64,000 nt of DNA from Myxococcota bacterium (lineage in GTDB: Bacteria > Myxococcota_A > UBA9160 > SZUA-336). The position numbers and the translations under genes were made by a program. This document shows positions 1 through 9,902 of the stretch, in pieces. Position 1 is the stretch's first letter; each line of letters opens with the position of its first letter. The stretch is from contig CBDFGR010000003.1 of NCBI GenBank assembly GCA_965247115.1, forward strand, positions 544,001 to 608,000, read 5' to 3'. The notes beneath the pieces were generated by a model, which was not told the DNA's origin, searched no databases, and saw nothing but the letters and a program-made list of their open reading frames with translations.

Positions 1-852
1 CACGCCAGCTCCCACGAGGAGCAGCTTGTAATCCGTGTAGTGACGCGAGAGCCGAGGGATCAGCGCGCCCTGCACCACGACCGCAACCATTCCCATCGAG
101 AAGATCAGGAGGCCTACACTGTAGGGGGTACCTCCCAGACGGTCGGCCACGAGGAACCCGAGCGTGCTGTCGACGCCGAGACGTCCAGTCGTGGTTAGAA
201 AGCTGTAGGCCAGAAAAGGCATCAGCCCGACGGCGATGCGTCGCGTCGTGAGCCCGTCCCTGCGCAGCTCGACCCGCCGCTCCGCCGCTGCGCGCTGGAG
301 CTCTGGGGTGAGACTCTCCGGCAGCACCAGGAGCACGGCAACGGCTGTCGCCAGACCCAGACCCGCGGAGGTGAAGTACGGCAAGCGCAGGTCGACACTT
401 CCGAGCACCCCACCCAGAAGTGGACCAAAGCTGACCCCGAGTGCAATCGCCGCTCCCAGGAGCCCCATGGCCGGGCTGCGCCCCTCCGGCTCGGTCACGT
501 CGGCAACGTAGGCAAACAGTGCGGGCATGGCGGCAGCCGAGAACAGGCCGCCAAGGAGTCGGGCACCCAGCAGCTCGGCAAAGCTGCGTCCCAGCCCGAA
601 CAGGAGAAAGCTCAGGGCAAAGCCCAGCAGCCCGATCAGGATGGCGAGCTTGCGGCCGCGGCGCTCGGAGAAGCGTCCCCACGCCGGGCTCAGCAACACG
701 CCGACCGCGGGATACGCGCTCATCAGCAGACCCGCCTCGACGTCGGAGAGCGCGAGCGAGCGGGTGAAGTACGGGAGCACGGGGAACAGGACGCCGAGGC
801 CCAGCATCAGCAGAAAGGCCGTGGCCGCGATCAGCAGCAGAGGGCGTGGCAT
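1..852 (-). CDS. MFS transporter (TetA/DHA1-like), 3' end outside the window
   Basis: Translated by hand from ATG at 852: MPRPLLLIAATAFLLMLGLGVLFPVLPYF...WGRFSERRGRK (MFS motif A-like), followed by hydrophobic helices. Absent from the ORF track because it runs off the edge. Confidence 0.85.
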   Translation of the reverse strand, partial: MPRPLLLIAATAFLLMLGLGVLFPVLPYFTRSLALSDVEAGLLMSAYPAVGVLLSPAWGRFSERRGRKLAILIGLLGFALSFLLFGLGRSFAELLGARLLGGLFSAAAMPALFAYVADVTEPEGRSPAMGLLGAAIALGVSFGPLLGGVLGSVDLRLPYFTSAGLGLATAVAVLLVLPESLTPELQRAAAERRVELRRDGLTTRRIAVGLMPFLAYSFLTTTGRLGVDSTLGFLVADRLGGTPYSVGLLIFSMGMVAVVVQGALIPRLSRHYTDYKLLLVGAGV

Positions 853-909
853 CAGAGCGCGAGGTGTACCGGAGATCGGTCGGCGGGACCAGTAGGGTAG
901 ACTTCAGCC

Positions 910-2712
910 ATGAGCTTCACCACACGTCCCACACTTCAGGGCTACGGAGGCGCCGTCAGCGCCGGACACTACCTTGCGACCCAGAGCGGCGCGCAGATAC
1001 TCGCAGACGGCGGAAACGCCGCGGACGCCGCCTGCGCCATGGGCCTCGCTCTGCAGGTGCTCGAGCCTCACATGAACGGGCCTGCCGGTGAGGTCCCGAT
1101 CCTGATCTACGAGGCCGCCCAGGACAGGACCTTCGCAATCTCGGGACAGGGAACGGCGCCAGCTGCCGCGACGATCGAGCAGATGAGGAGCCTGGGCCTC
1201 GACCGCATCCCCGGCGATGGCCTGCTGCCCGCAACGGTGCCGGCGGCGCTCGACGCCTGGTGCCAGCTCCTGGAGCGCTTCGGCAGCCTGCGCTTCTGTG
1301 ACGTGGCGGCTCCGGCGCGGAAGCTCGCGGGGGACGGCTTCCCCATGTATCCCTTCCTGCAGGGCGTCCTCGGCATGCTCGAGCCGCGCTTCCGGGAGCA
1401 GTGGCCGACAAGCGCCGAGCTCTACCTGCCGGTAAAGCAGCTCGGCGAGCGTCAGACGAACCCGGCCTTGGCAACGCTGCTGGACGAGCTGATCGCTGCG
1501 GAGGGCACCGCCGGGAGTCGCGAGGCAGGCATCCGGGCCGCGCGCAACGCGTTCTATCGCGGCCGAGCGGCGGCGCAGATCGAGAAGTTCCTGGCCACTC
1601 CGGTTCGAGACGTGAGTGGGAGAGCGCATTCGGGTCTGCTCAGCGCCGACGATCTGGCTCGATACGCGGGTCGGATCGACGAGCCCATCGCGGCGTCGTA
1701 CCGTGGCTGCGAGGTCTGGAAGTGCCCGCCGTGGACCCAGGGGCCGGTCTTCCTGCAGCAGCTCGCCCTGCTCGAGGGCTTCGATCTCGCTGCCATGGGT
1801 CACAACAGCACGGACGCGCTGCACACATTGCTGGAGTCCGCCAAGCTCGCATTCGCGGATCGAGACGCGTGCTACGGCGACCCCCTGTTCGCGGACGTTC
1901 CGCTCGAGGAGCTGCTGTCTCGGGGCTACACGGAGGCGCGACGTGCCCAGATCGATCCGCAGCGCGCGTCGCTAGAGCTGCGGCCAGGACTCGGCAAGCT
2001 TCCCGAGGGCTGGCCGCTCGTGGCAGAGGATCACGCGCCGTCTCGCGCGCCACTGGGGCTGTCTCTCGAGCCACAGGCGATGGCAGTGGAGCAGGAACGC
2101 TCGAAGGTTGCCTCGGGTCGAGCGGACACGACGCACCTCGACGCCGCCGACCGCTGGGGCAATCTGGTGAGCGCGACTCCCAGCGGCGGATGGATCTCCT
2201 CTTCGCCCGTGATCCCCGAGCTCGGATTCCCGGTCGGGACGCGCGGACAGATGTTCAGTCTGGATCCGACCCATCCGAACTCGCTCGCTCCGGGCAAGCG
2301 CCCGCGCGCGACGCTGACACCTTCGCTGGCCCGGCTACGCGACGGTCGCCGCGTCGCCTTCGGAACCCCCGGCGGGGACAGTCAGGATCAGTGGACGCTT
2401 CAGTTCTTCCTCAACACGGTTGACTACGGCATGCGGGACCTGCAGGCCGCCATCGACGCCCCGACCGTGCATACGTGTCACATGATCGATTCGTTCTACC
2501 CTCGGCTCTTCCACCCCGGCCTTTCCCTCGCGGAGGAGCGCATCCCCGGAGAGACGATGCGCGAGCTCGCCGAGCGCGGCCACCGCATGCACCACAGCGG
2601 TCCATGGGACCATGGCCGCGTCCTCGCCGTAGCCCGCCACCCGGACACCGGCCTTTGCGAGGCCGCCGCCTCCCCCCGCAACCGAGTCGCCTACGCCGCC
2701 ACCCTTGCCTGA
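910..2712 (+). CDS. ggt: Gamma-glutamyltransferase family protein, probably cytoplasmic (no signal peptide)
   Basis: GGNAADAA, DTTHLDAAD (Thr nucleophile), PGKRPRATLTP, GTPGGDSQDQ. Confidence 0.92.
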   Translation: MSFTTRPTLQGYGGAVSAGHYLATQSGAQILADGGNAADAACAMGLALQVLEPHMNGPAGEVPILIYEAAQDRTFAISGQGTAPAAATIEQMRSLGLDRIPGDGLLPATVPAALDAWCQLLERFGSLRFCDVAAPARKLAGDGFPMYPFLQGVLGMLEPRFREQWPTSAELYLPVKQLGERQTNPALATLLDELIAAEGTAGSREAGIRAARNAFYRGRAAAQIEKFLATPVRDVSGRAHSGLLSADDLARYAGRIDEPIAASYRGCEVWKCPPWTQGPVFLQQLALLEGFDLAAMGHNSTDALHTLLESAKLAFADRDACYGDPLFADVPLEELLSRGYTEARRAQIDPQRASLELRPGLGKLPEGWPLVAEDHAPSRAPLGLSLEPQAMAVEQERSKVASGRADTTHLDAADRWGNLVSATPSGGWISSSPVIPELGFPVGTRGQMFSLDPTHPNSLAPGKRPRATLTPSLARLRDGRRVAFGTPGGDSQDQWTLQFFLNTVDYGMRDLQAAIDAPTVHTCHMIDSFYPRLFHPGLSLAEERIPGETMRELAERGHRMHHSGPWDHGRVLAVARHPDTGLCEAAASPRNRVAYAATLA

Positions 2713-2813
2713 TCAAGGCGCCGTCGAGCCAGAGGCCATTCACGGGGCGTGAAGTCCCTCAGCCCGAGGATTGTCCAGCTCTCATCGTCAGCATCCTGAG
2801 ACGGAAAGACCGC

Positions 2814-3503
2814 CTATGGCGAGGCACGCGCCCTTCCAGGCACATCCAGCGGATCGAGCAACCCGAGGCGGCGCCAACCCTGCCTGAGAAGCCAGCTGTG
2901 CGCGGCAGCGACCGGAACCTCGTCCCCACTCTCACGCCGCGTTGTTCCTCTTCTCCAGCCGTCAAACCGGCGGCCCGAGGAGGCGGGATCCAGCTCCCTC
3001 AGCCCTTTGCGCCGATGCCGGGCCGCGTTGAGCAGCACGTACCGTATCGCATTCCGGACCTCGCCCGGCGTCTTCAACACCCGCATGTGGTAGCGATCCG
3101 CCAGCAGCCCGCCACGCCACCCAAACGCACGCCGCCTCGCCCAGACCATCCTCCTGCCGAGAGACTTCATCCCCCGACCGAGCGCGTATTGATCCTTCGC
3201 CTCGACGATGAGGTGCGCGTGATCCCGCAAGAGCGCGTAGTGCACCAGCCGAAACTCCCCCCGGTCGCACCCTCGCGCTAGCGTCTCCTCAAACGCCCGC
3301 ACAAAGGCCGGAGCCCGCAACGATGGAGCACCATCGCGCACTCGCAGGGTCACGTGACACGGATGCCGCGACGCGAGACTCCGCCGACTTCGGTGACGAA
3401 CCAGCGGATTCGGCCCCGGCTTGCGCCCCGCCCCCTCGCGCCGCCCGCCATGACGCGCCAGAGGCCGAAGATCGAGCGAGAGCTGTCGGTCTGACTTTCT
3501 CAC
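2814..3503 (-). CDS. IS200/IS605-superfamily HUH tyrosine nuclease, RAYT (REP-associated transposase)-like
   Basis: HVTLR, HYALLRDHAHLIVE (HUH motif), DRYHMRVL, NAIRYVLLN (catalytic Tyr); no tnpB alongside. Confidence 0.8.
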   Translation of the reverse strand: MRKSDRQLSLDLRPLARHGGRREGAGRKPGPNPLVRHRSRRSLASRHPCHVTLRVRDGAPSLRAPAFVRAFEETLARGCDRGEFRLVHYALLRDHAHLIVEAKDQYALGRGMKSLGRRMVWARRRAFGWRGGLLADRYHMRVLKTPGEVRNAIRYVLLNAARHRRKGLRELDPASSGRRFDGWRRGTTRRESGDEVPVAAAHSWLLRQGWRRLGLLDPLDVPGRARASP

Positions 3504-3521
3504 GTATTCACCAATTAGTGT

Positions 3522-3549
3522 AGATTAGGGCTTTCTATAAATATGTCAA
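3522..3549 (-). promoter_or_regulatory. Sigma70-type promoter of the RAYT-like gene
   Basis: Minus strand TTGACA (3549-3544), 16-nt spacer, TAATCT (3527-3522), in an AT-rich patch just upstream of the GTG start. Confidence 0.6.
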
Positions 3550-3805
3550 GAGTACCTGGGTACATAGATAGTTCTCAGCGGGGGAGAGGACGTCATGCCC
3601 CGGAGGGACATCCTCCATGGAAGAGAGTGACCGAGCTCTGCGAGCGCTTTCGAGTCAGCCGATGCCCTGGGCGAAGACGATAGCTGTGACGCCCGATGTT
3701 CGTCGGCTCTGCGCTTGCTCAGAAGGCGGTCGAGATTCACTCCTAGCCAAAGTGTCGACCATGTACCGGGTTAACTTGGTCAGCCCGGTCGCGGCTGTAT
3801 AGGGG

Positions 3806-3830
3806 GAGGAACCGCGTACATAGGTTCCTC
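3806..3830. other. Hairpin GAGGAACC-N9-GGTTCCTC at the 3' end of the DUF2779-type gene
   Basis: Perfect 8-bp inverted repeat; no U-tract; resembles the motif at 3550-3576. Confidence 0.5.
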
Positions 3831-5320
3831 TACGCGGATTCTTTGACCAGCGTTTGCAGGGCTTGGTGGATTACCGCGAGGGCTTCGGTGTCGCGGGCGC
3901 AGTAGCGACGGAGAGCGTGGCGGGTGCGTTCCTCTTCAGGCTCGTCGAGCTCGCCTCGGGCGATCTGTTCGAGGGCCCTGGCCGCGGCCGCGCCGTCGGA
4001 GACGGGGCCGAGGTCGGCGTAGGTGAAGCCTGGGGATAGTGCAGCGACTACACGCTTGAGCGACAGGGAGCCGCGGAAGTCGACGTGGTAGACGCCGGAT
4101 CTGACGATGGCCTGGAGGTCGACGAGGCGAGTGCGGACTCGCTTCAGGGCGGGGGCCAGGTCCGGGAGCGCCGTGGCCAGGTCCGCGAGCACGCGGCTCT
4201 CGAAGGGGGAGTAGACGAGGATCGGCGTGCGGGCATCGGCCAGCGCAGCGATCAGGGACCGCGCGAACTCGTGGCGGGGGTCGCTCTTTCCGGCGGCAAG
4301 GAAGTCCACGTGATCGATCTCGCCGGCCGCGGCCCGGCGATGGAGCGACCAGCTGAAAGGGATGACCTGGAAGGGCCGAGTGTGGGGAAAGATCGGGACC
4401 GCCGGTGCGATGGCCTCGAAGTCCAGGTAGGCGGAAGGTGGACCGAGGTCGCCGAGCTCGCCCGGCAGCTCTGTCGAGCGCGCGAGCTGACCGTCGAGAT
4501 GCGCGCTGCGTGCGCGGGACTGAGCTTCCGAGAGCGGGAAGCTGGCGGGAATCTCGGTGATGCACTCGATCCCGACCTCGCGCAGCGCGTGGAAGTCACT
4601 CCTGCGGAGGCCCGGGAGCAAGTCGATCCAGTCGGCGGGGTGCCGTTTCAGACACGCAGAGCGGAACTCGCACGACCACGGGCGACGGCAGTGCGGCGAG
4701 GGCTCCGCCGCAGGTAGCTCGCTCGCCTCCAGGACGCGAGTGAGGTGCTGGACCTGGTCCGCGACGTCGTCGAGGAGAAACTCCACCTCCTCGGTCACGT
4801 CGCGCCGGGAGAAGAAGCCCTGCCAGTCGATCGACCCGGACTCGCGCACGAACGACTCGTCGACGTGAATGACTTCGACTGCGGCAACCGCGAGACCGTT
4901 CGCTCGCGTAGCGAACAGCGCGAGGGCGGTCTCGTCGAGGTCGTCCTCGCGTACGCTCCCACTCTCCTTCACGGTGCAGAGCTTCCAGCTCCGCGAGATC
5001 GAGCGCTCGAGGATGTCGACACGGACCTGTACGAACTCGTGAGAGAAAGCGGCCTCGAAGATCGCGGGTACGGCGGCGTCCGCCAGGAGCGAGCGGGTAC
5101 GAAGGACTGCTTCCTTGTGAGCGCCGTCCGTCACGGCGCGGCCGCCGGGAAAGAGTCGGCGCGCGAGCCGTGCAGCTTCCCGATTTCTCGCAAGGATCTC
5201 CTCCATGCTCGGAGAGCCTGGCTGTGCGCTCGAGGTTGCGCGCGTCCCGAGCCAGAGCCTGCGCTCGCACTGCAAGCCCGCCAGGTAGCCCGCTCGGCTC
5301 AGGAACAGAGGGGCGGACAT
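3830..5320 (-). CDS. DUF2779-type protein: RecB/Cas4-like N-terminal domain with 4 Cys plus RNase H-like C-terminal domain
   Basis: LQCERRLWL, IFEAAF, VRVDILER, HCRRPWSCEFRSAC, YLDFEA, LVDL, GSLSLKRV, YCARDT. Confidence 0.8.
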   Translation of the reverse strand: MSAPLFLSRAGYLAGLQCERRLWLGTRATSSAQPGSPSMEEILARNREAARLARRLFPGGRAVTDGAHKEAVLRTRSLLADAAVPAIFEAAFSHEFVQVRVDILERSISRSWKLCTVKESGSVREDDLDETALALFATRANGLAVAAVEVIHVDESFVRESGSIDWQGFFSRRDVTEEVEFLLDDVADQVQHLTRVLEASELPAAEPSPHCRRPWSCEFRSACLKRHPADWIDLLPGLRRSDFHALREVGIECITEIPASFPLSEAQSRARSAHLDGQLARSTELPGELGDLGPPSAYLDFEAIAPAVPIFPHTRPFQVIPFSWSLHRRAAAGEIDHVDFLAAGKSDPRHEFARSLIAALADARTPILVYSPFESRVLADLATALPDLAPALKRVRTRLVDLQAIVRSGVYHVDFRGSLSLKRVVAALSPGFTYADLGPVSDGAAAARALEQIARGELDEPEEERTRHALRRYCARDTEALAVIHQALQTLVKESA

Positions 5321-5327
5321 ACTGCGC

Positions 5328-6488
5328 TCAGATGACGGCCTTGCCCTCGCGAAGCGCGCTGATCTTCTCGGCTGAGAAGCCCCAGTCGGCCAGCACCTCG
5401 GCTGTGTGCTGCCCGGGATGCGCGGGCGGCGCGGGCACCGCGCACGGCGTGCGACTGAAGCGCGGGGCCGGCGCGGGCTGCTTGACTCCCCCTACCTCGA
5501 TGAAGGTGTTGCGCAGCTTGTTGTGAGGATGCTCGGGCGCCTCGGCGAGCGACAGGACCGGCGCGAAGCACACGTCCGTGCCCTCCATGATGTCGCACCA
5601 CTCGTCGCGCGTCTTCGAGCGGAAGATGGTCGCGATCCGCTCCTTCATATCGGGCCACTGCGAGCGCGACATCTGACCGGGCAGGTCATCGTCCTCGAGT
5701 CCAGAGTACTGCAGAAGCTCCGCGTAGAACTGCGGCTCGATCGAGCCGACCGAGATGTACTTGTCGTCGGCCGTCAAGTAGACGTCATAGAAGTGGGCGC
5801 CCGTGTCCAGCAGGTTCGTGCCGCGCTCCTCGCTCAGCGCCCCCGATGCGCGCATGCCGAAGAACATCGCCATCAGAGTTGCCGCGCCGTCGACCATGGC
5901 CGCGTCGACGACCTGCCCCTTGCCGGAGCTGGCCCGCTCGACGAGTGCGGCCACGACCCCGAAGGCGAGCAGCATCCCGCCCCCGCCGAAGTCCCCGACC
6001 AGATTCAGCGGTGGGACCGGGGCCCCGCCGCGCCGACCGATGCCCTCGAGCGCGCCCGCCAGGGCGATGTAGTTGATGTCGTGTCCGGCAGCGTGGGCAA
6101 GCGGACCCTCCTGACCCCAGCCCGTCATGCGTCCGTAGACCAGGCCCGGGTTGCGCTCCAGACAGACATCGGGACCCACGCCGAGCCGCTCCATGACACC
6201 CGGTCGGAAGCCCTCCATCAGCACGTCAGCCTTCTCCACGAGAGCGAGCAACGCCTCCACGCCGGCGGGATTCTTGAGGTCGATGGCAACGCTGCGACGG
6301 CCACGCGCCAGTGGATCGATCGGCGGACTCGAGCCTTCTTCCGCGCGTCGCGCGGGTGGCCGATCAATCCGAACCAGCTCCGCTCCCATATCCGCGAGCA
6401 TCATCCCGCAAAACGGACCAGGTCCGATCCCCTGCAGCTCGAGAACTTTCACACCCGCAAGTGGTCCCATGCGCCGCTCCCCTGACAC
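5328..6488 (-). CDS. CaiB/BaiF family CoA-transferase, alpha-methylacyl-CoA racemase-like
   Basis: [45 protein letters not shown]. Confidence 0.93.
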   Translation of the reverse strand: MSGERRMGPLAGVKVLELQGIGPGPFCGMMLADMGAELVRIDRPPARRAEEGSSPPIDPLARGRRSVAIDLKNPAGVEALLALVEKADVLMEGFRPGVMERLGVGPDVCLERNPGLVYGRMTGWGQEGPLAHAAGHDINYIALAGALEGIGRRGGAPVPPLNLVGDFGGGGMLLAFGVVAALVERASSGKGQVVDAAMVDGAATLMAMFFGMRASGALSEERGTNLLDTGAHFYDVYLTADDKYISVGSIEPQFYAELLQYSGLEDDDLPGQMSRSQWPDMKERIATIFRSKTRDEWCDIMEGTDVCFAPVLSLAEAPEHPHNKLRNTFIEVGGVKQPAPAPRFSRTPCAVPAPPAHPGQHTAEVLADWGFSAEKISALREGKAVI

Positions 6489-6572
6489 GAATAGACCCGA
6501 ATACAGCCGTCAGCATACCATCCGCAACCGCCGCGATACCCCCGCAGCACCCGAGACACGTCACCGGGAGTC

Positions 6573-6784
6573 ACCCAGAAACGTGGCGGCACCCCGCACG
6601 GAGTCCGCAACCATGCAAGCGCCACAGCCCGCAGCGCGCGCGTCGAAGAGCGAAACCCAGAGCGTGGCGCCACCCCGCACGGAGTCCGCAACCGTGCAAG
6701 CGCCACAGCCCGCAGCGCGCGCGTCGGAGAGCGAACCCAGAGCGTGGCGCCACCCCGCACGGAGTCCGCAACCGTGCAAGCGCC
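6573..6784 (+). repeat. About 2.5 tandem copies of an 80-81-nt unit
   Basis: CGTGGCG(C)CACCCCGCACGGAGTCCGCAACC(A/G)TGCAAGCGCC starts at 6582, 6663 and 6743; the intervening sequence is also near-identical. Confidence 0.9.
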
Positions 6785-6890
6785 GCGGAACGCGGCGCGC
6801 GCAGCGAAGGCCTCCGGCCTGAGCGAAGGTGGGTGGCCCGCGACCGCTCGCGGGCCGGGTCCCACAAGAACCGGCCGGGTCCCACAAGAC
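6776..6890 (-). repeat. REP-like ~90-nt multi-hairpin element (full copy 6776-6868) plus duplicated GGGTCCCACAAG end
   Basis: Reverse complement reads CTTGTGGGACCC-GGCCCGCGA-GCGG-TCGCGGGCC-ACCCACCT...CGCTTGC; matches copies at ~10.1, 26.6 and 31.3 kb. Confidence 0.85.
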
Positions 6891-6906
6891 TCGGTACCCT
6901 GCGCCC

Positions 6907-7941
6907 ATGGATGCGGGCATCGTCGGCCACCCCGGTTCCGGAAGAACGACCGTCTTCCAGGCGTTGCTCGCCCACCGCGCTCCTTCCGCAGCGGGCGCGA
7001 AGCAAAAGCCCGCCGCGATCGGAGTGATCCGCGTGCCGGATGCGCGACTCGATCGCCTGTCCGCGCTCTACAAGCCGCTCAAGACCACGCCCATCGAGAT
7101 CGTGACGCACGACCTATGCCCCTCACTCGAGCCGTCCTTCCCGACCTCCGAGCTCGAGGCCATGAAGCGGATGGACCTGCTGCTGCTGGTCGTGCCGGCC
7201 TTTGCAGACCCGTCGCCCGACACGATCGTGGCGGAGCTAGACCGACTCATAGGCGACCTGTGCCTGGAGGATCTCGCCGCCGTCGAGCGTCGACTCGAGC
7301 GAGCGCGCAAGGAGAGAGCCGAGGCAACGGCTGTCGCCGCGCTCGATGCCGCGCGTGCCACGCTCGATGCCGAGCTGCCGCTCGCGGCTGCAGAGCTCGC
7401 CGATACCACGCGACGAGAGCTGCGCGCCTACGCGCTCGTGACAGACCGCCCGATGATCGCGGTCTGCAACGTCAGCGAGAGCGACGCGGACAAGCCGGTT
7501 CCAAAGGCGCTCAGCGCGCGATGCGCCGAGCTCGGGATTCCAGCGCTATCGCTGTGCGCGTCGCTTGAGGCCGAGATGGCGCAGCTCGCCAGCGAGGAGC
7601 GCGTCCAGTTCCTGGCCGAGTACGGCGTTCAGGAACCCGCGAGCGGCGCAGTGACGCGCGCCATCCTGGCGTCTAGGGATATCATCCCTTTCTTCACGGT
7701 AGGAGAGGACGAGTGTCGCGCCTGGCCGATCGCTCGCGGAACCCCCGCCCGCAAGGCGGCAGGTAAGGTCCACTCGGACATCGAGCGTGGGTTCATCCGC
7801 GCGGAGGTGGTGAGCTTCGACGAGCTGGCGCCGCTGCCAGGACTGCTCGTCGAAGCCAAGAAGAAGGGCGTGCTCCGCCTGGAGGGGAAGGACTACATCG
7901 TCCGCGAAGGCGACGTGGTGCACTTTCGATTCAACGTGTGA
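6907..7941 (+). CDS. YchF/EngD-like (Obg family) ATPase, divergent
   Basis: ATG at 6907; GIVGHPGSGRTT, VPDARLDRLS, FFTVGEDECRAW, AAGKVHSDIERGFIRAEV, LEGKDYIVREGDVVHFRFNV. Confidence 0.88.
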   Translation: MDAGIVGHPGSGRTTVFQALLAHRAPSAAGAKQKPAAIGVIRVPDARLDRLSALYKPLKTTPIEIVTHDLCPSLEPSFPTSELEAMKRMDLLLLVVPAFADPSPDTIVAELDRLIGDLCLEDLAAVERRLERARKERAEATAVAALDAARATLDAELPLAAAELADTTRRELRAYALVTDRPMIAVCNVSESDADKPVPKALSARCAELGIPALSLCASLEAEMAQLASEERVQFLAEYGVQEPASGAVTRAILASRDIIPFFTVGEDECRAWPIARGTPARKAAGKVHSDIERGFIRAEVVSFDELAPLPGLLVEAKKKGVLRLEGKDYIVREGDVVHFRFNV

Positions 7942-8009
7942 CAGACTATTCGCCGGGCTCAAGCTCGCTCAAACGGGCTGCGATATAGTGTGAAGGCGGG
8001 AGACGACCC

Positions 8010-9884
8010 TTGATGAAGCTCGTGCGGACAGCCTTCCTCCTACCACTCCTGTTCGTTCTCGTGATCAGCGTCGACAGGGAGTCGAACGCCGCCGAGAAGT
8101 TCCCCGAGTCGGACAGCTTGCGCTCCACGGTTGCGTTCTGGATGCGCATCTATCTCGAGGTGACCGGAGGCCAGGGGCTCCTGCACGACTCGCGTCACCC
8201 CGGGATCGTCTACGAGACCGTCGACTTTGAGGGCACCACGGGCAGGCGTGCGCGCCAGCGCCAGGTAAACGAACGAAGACGCCAATGGCGCGGGGCGCTG
8301 GGACGCCTTGGCAGAGGCCGCGAGCCCCGCGACGACGACGAGCGCTTCATCCTGCGCGCGTTCACGCTGGAGCTGGGGCATGAACCCACCCGCCAGGAGC
8401 TCCGTGCCGCCTCACAGCGAGTGCGCTTCCAGCTGGGTCAGCGCGACAAGTTCCGGCAGGGACTGATCGGATCAGGGGCGTACGAGGACGAGATGCGCGC
8501 CATCTTCCGCGACCTGGGACTCCCTGTGGACCTGGCCTACCTGCCCCACGTTGAGTCCTCGTTCAATCTCCGAGCGTACTCGAAGTACGGCGCGGCCGGC
8601 GTCTGGCAGTTCATGCGCGCCACCGGTCGGCGCTACATGACCATCAACTACACGATCGACGAGCGACTGGACCCGATCCGGGCGACGCGTGCCGCCGCGG
8701 AGCTGCTGCGGGACAACTACAAATCGCTGGGGAGCTGGCCGCTCGCGATCACGGCCTACAACCACGGCGATGCGGGAATGAGACGCGCGAAGCGGAGGCT
8801 CGGAACCGACGACATTGCCGTGATCATCGCCAAATACCACAGCCGGACCTTCGGCTTCGCCTCGCGGAACTTCTACCCGCAGTTCCTGGCCGCGCGAAAG
8901 ATCGCGCGCTCGTATCCGTCCTACTTCGGTCCGCTACAGCGCGACAAGCCAGAGGCCGTCGACACGGTGACCCTGCCCTTCTATACGGATGTCGAGGACC
9001 TCCAGGAGTATCTCGACGTAACGCCGGCGCTGCTCAAGGCCTTCAACCCGTCACTGCGGCCGCCGGTCTTTCGTGGAGTGAAGCGCATCCCGGAGAACTA
9101 CATGCTGCGCCTCCCCGCCGGAACGATGCAGCCGGACCCCGAAACCTGGCTCGCCTTGCTGCCCGACGCACAGCGCCATGCCAAGCAGACGCGCAGCGAC
9201 TACTACCAGGTGCGACGCGGCGACACGCTGAGCAGAATCGCCGAGAACCATCGAACGAACGTCTCGACCCTGGTCGCGATCAACAGCCTGCCGAGTCGGC
9301 ATCGCATCTACCCCGGCCAGGTACTCCAGCTGCCAGATGGTACGCGCAAGCCCTCCCGCTCGGCCGGGCTCGTCAGGACGGCCAACGCGGCGCGCCGCAG
9401 CCCGCCGATCCCCAAAGAGAAGATCCAGCCGGCACCCGATCGACCTATGCCCCTGGAAGACAGCTCGCCCTGGCGCAGGCTCGACGGCGAGTGGATCATC
9501 GTCGACGCCGGCGAGACACTGGGACACTTCGCAGACTGGCTCGAGCTTTCAACGAGCCGGCTGCGCAGGCTGAACGGCATCTCGGGTCGGCGCCCACTGC
9601 GCATGGGGCAGCGGTTGCGGATGGACTTCTCGGTCACCTCGCCACAGGTCTTCCTGCAGCGCCGCGTCGAGTTTCACAAGGGGATCGAAGAGGACTTCTT
9701 CGGGAGCTACACGGTCGCGGGCACAGTGGATCATACCCTGCAGCGCGGCGAGAGCCTCTGGGTCCTGTCGCACGATGTCTACACCGTCCCGATCTGGCTG
9801 ATCCATCGCTACAACCCGAAAGCCAACCTCACCCAGCTCAGCCCAGGCGCCACCCTCAAAATCCCAGTAGTGGAGAGGAACTGA
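8010..9884 (+). CDS. MltD-like lytic transglycosylase with LysM domains
   Basis: Signal peptide; LPHVESSF, GAAGVWQFM, AITAYNHG; LysM repeats YQVRRGDTLSRIA and HTLQRGESLW. Confidence 0.92.
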   Translation: MMKLVRTAFLLPLLFVLVISVDRESNAAEKFPESDSLRSTVAFWMRIYLEVTGGQGLLHDSRHPGIVYETVDFEGTTGRRARQRQVNERRRQWRGALGRLGRGREPRDDDERFILRAFTLELGHEPTRQELRAASQRVRFQLGQRDKFRQGLIGSGAYEDEMRAIFRDLGLPVDLAYLPHVESSFNLRAYSKYGAAGVWQFMRATGRRYMTINYTIDERLDPIRATRAAAELLRDNYKSLGSWPLAITAYNHGDAGMRRAKRRLGTDDIAVIIAKYHSRTFGFASRNFYPQFLAARKIARSYPSYFGPLQRDKPEAVDTVTLPFYTDVEDLQEYLDVTPALLKAFNPSLRPPVFRGVKRIPENYMLRLPAGTMQPDPETWLALLPDAQRHAKQTRSDYYQVRRGDTLSRIAENHRTNVSTLVAINSLPSRHRIYPGQVLQLPDGTRKPSRSAGLVRTANAARRSPPIPKEKIQPAPDRPMPLEDSSPWRRLDGEWIIVDAGETLGHFADWLELSTSRLRRLNGISGRRPLRMGQRLRMDFSVTSPQVFLQRRVEFHKGIEEDFFGSYTVAGTVDHTLQRGESLWVLSHDVYTVPIWLIHRYNPKANLTQLSPGATLKIPVVERN

Positions 9885-9902
9885 GCAAGGCTACAGGGCC
9901 AG

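Noticed and set aside
3830..5320. Cas4 / CRISPR-associated call
   Set aside because: The 4-Cys RecB-like fold is shared with stand-alone DUF2779-type proteins; no cas1, cas2 or array nearby.
6573..6784. Possible CRISPR array
   Set aside because: The sequences between repeats are near-identical rather than unique spacers, there are only about 2.5 units, and no cas operon is present.
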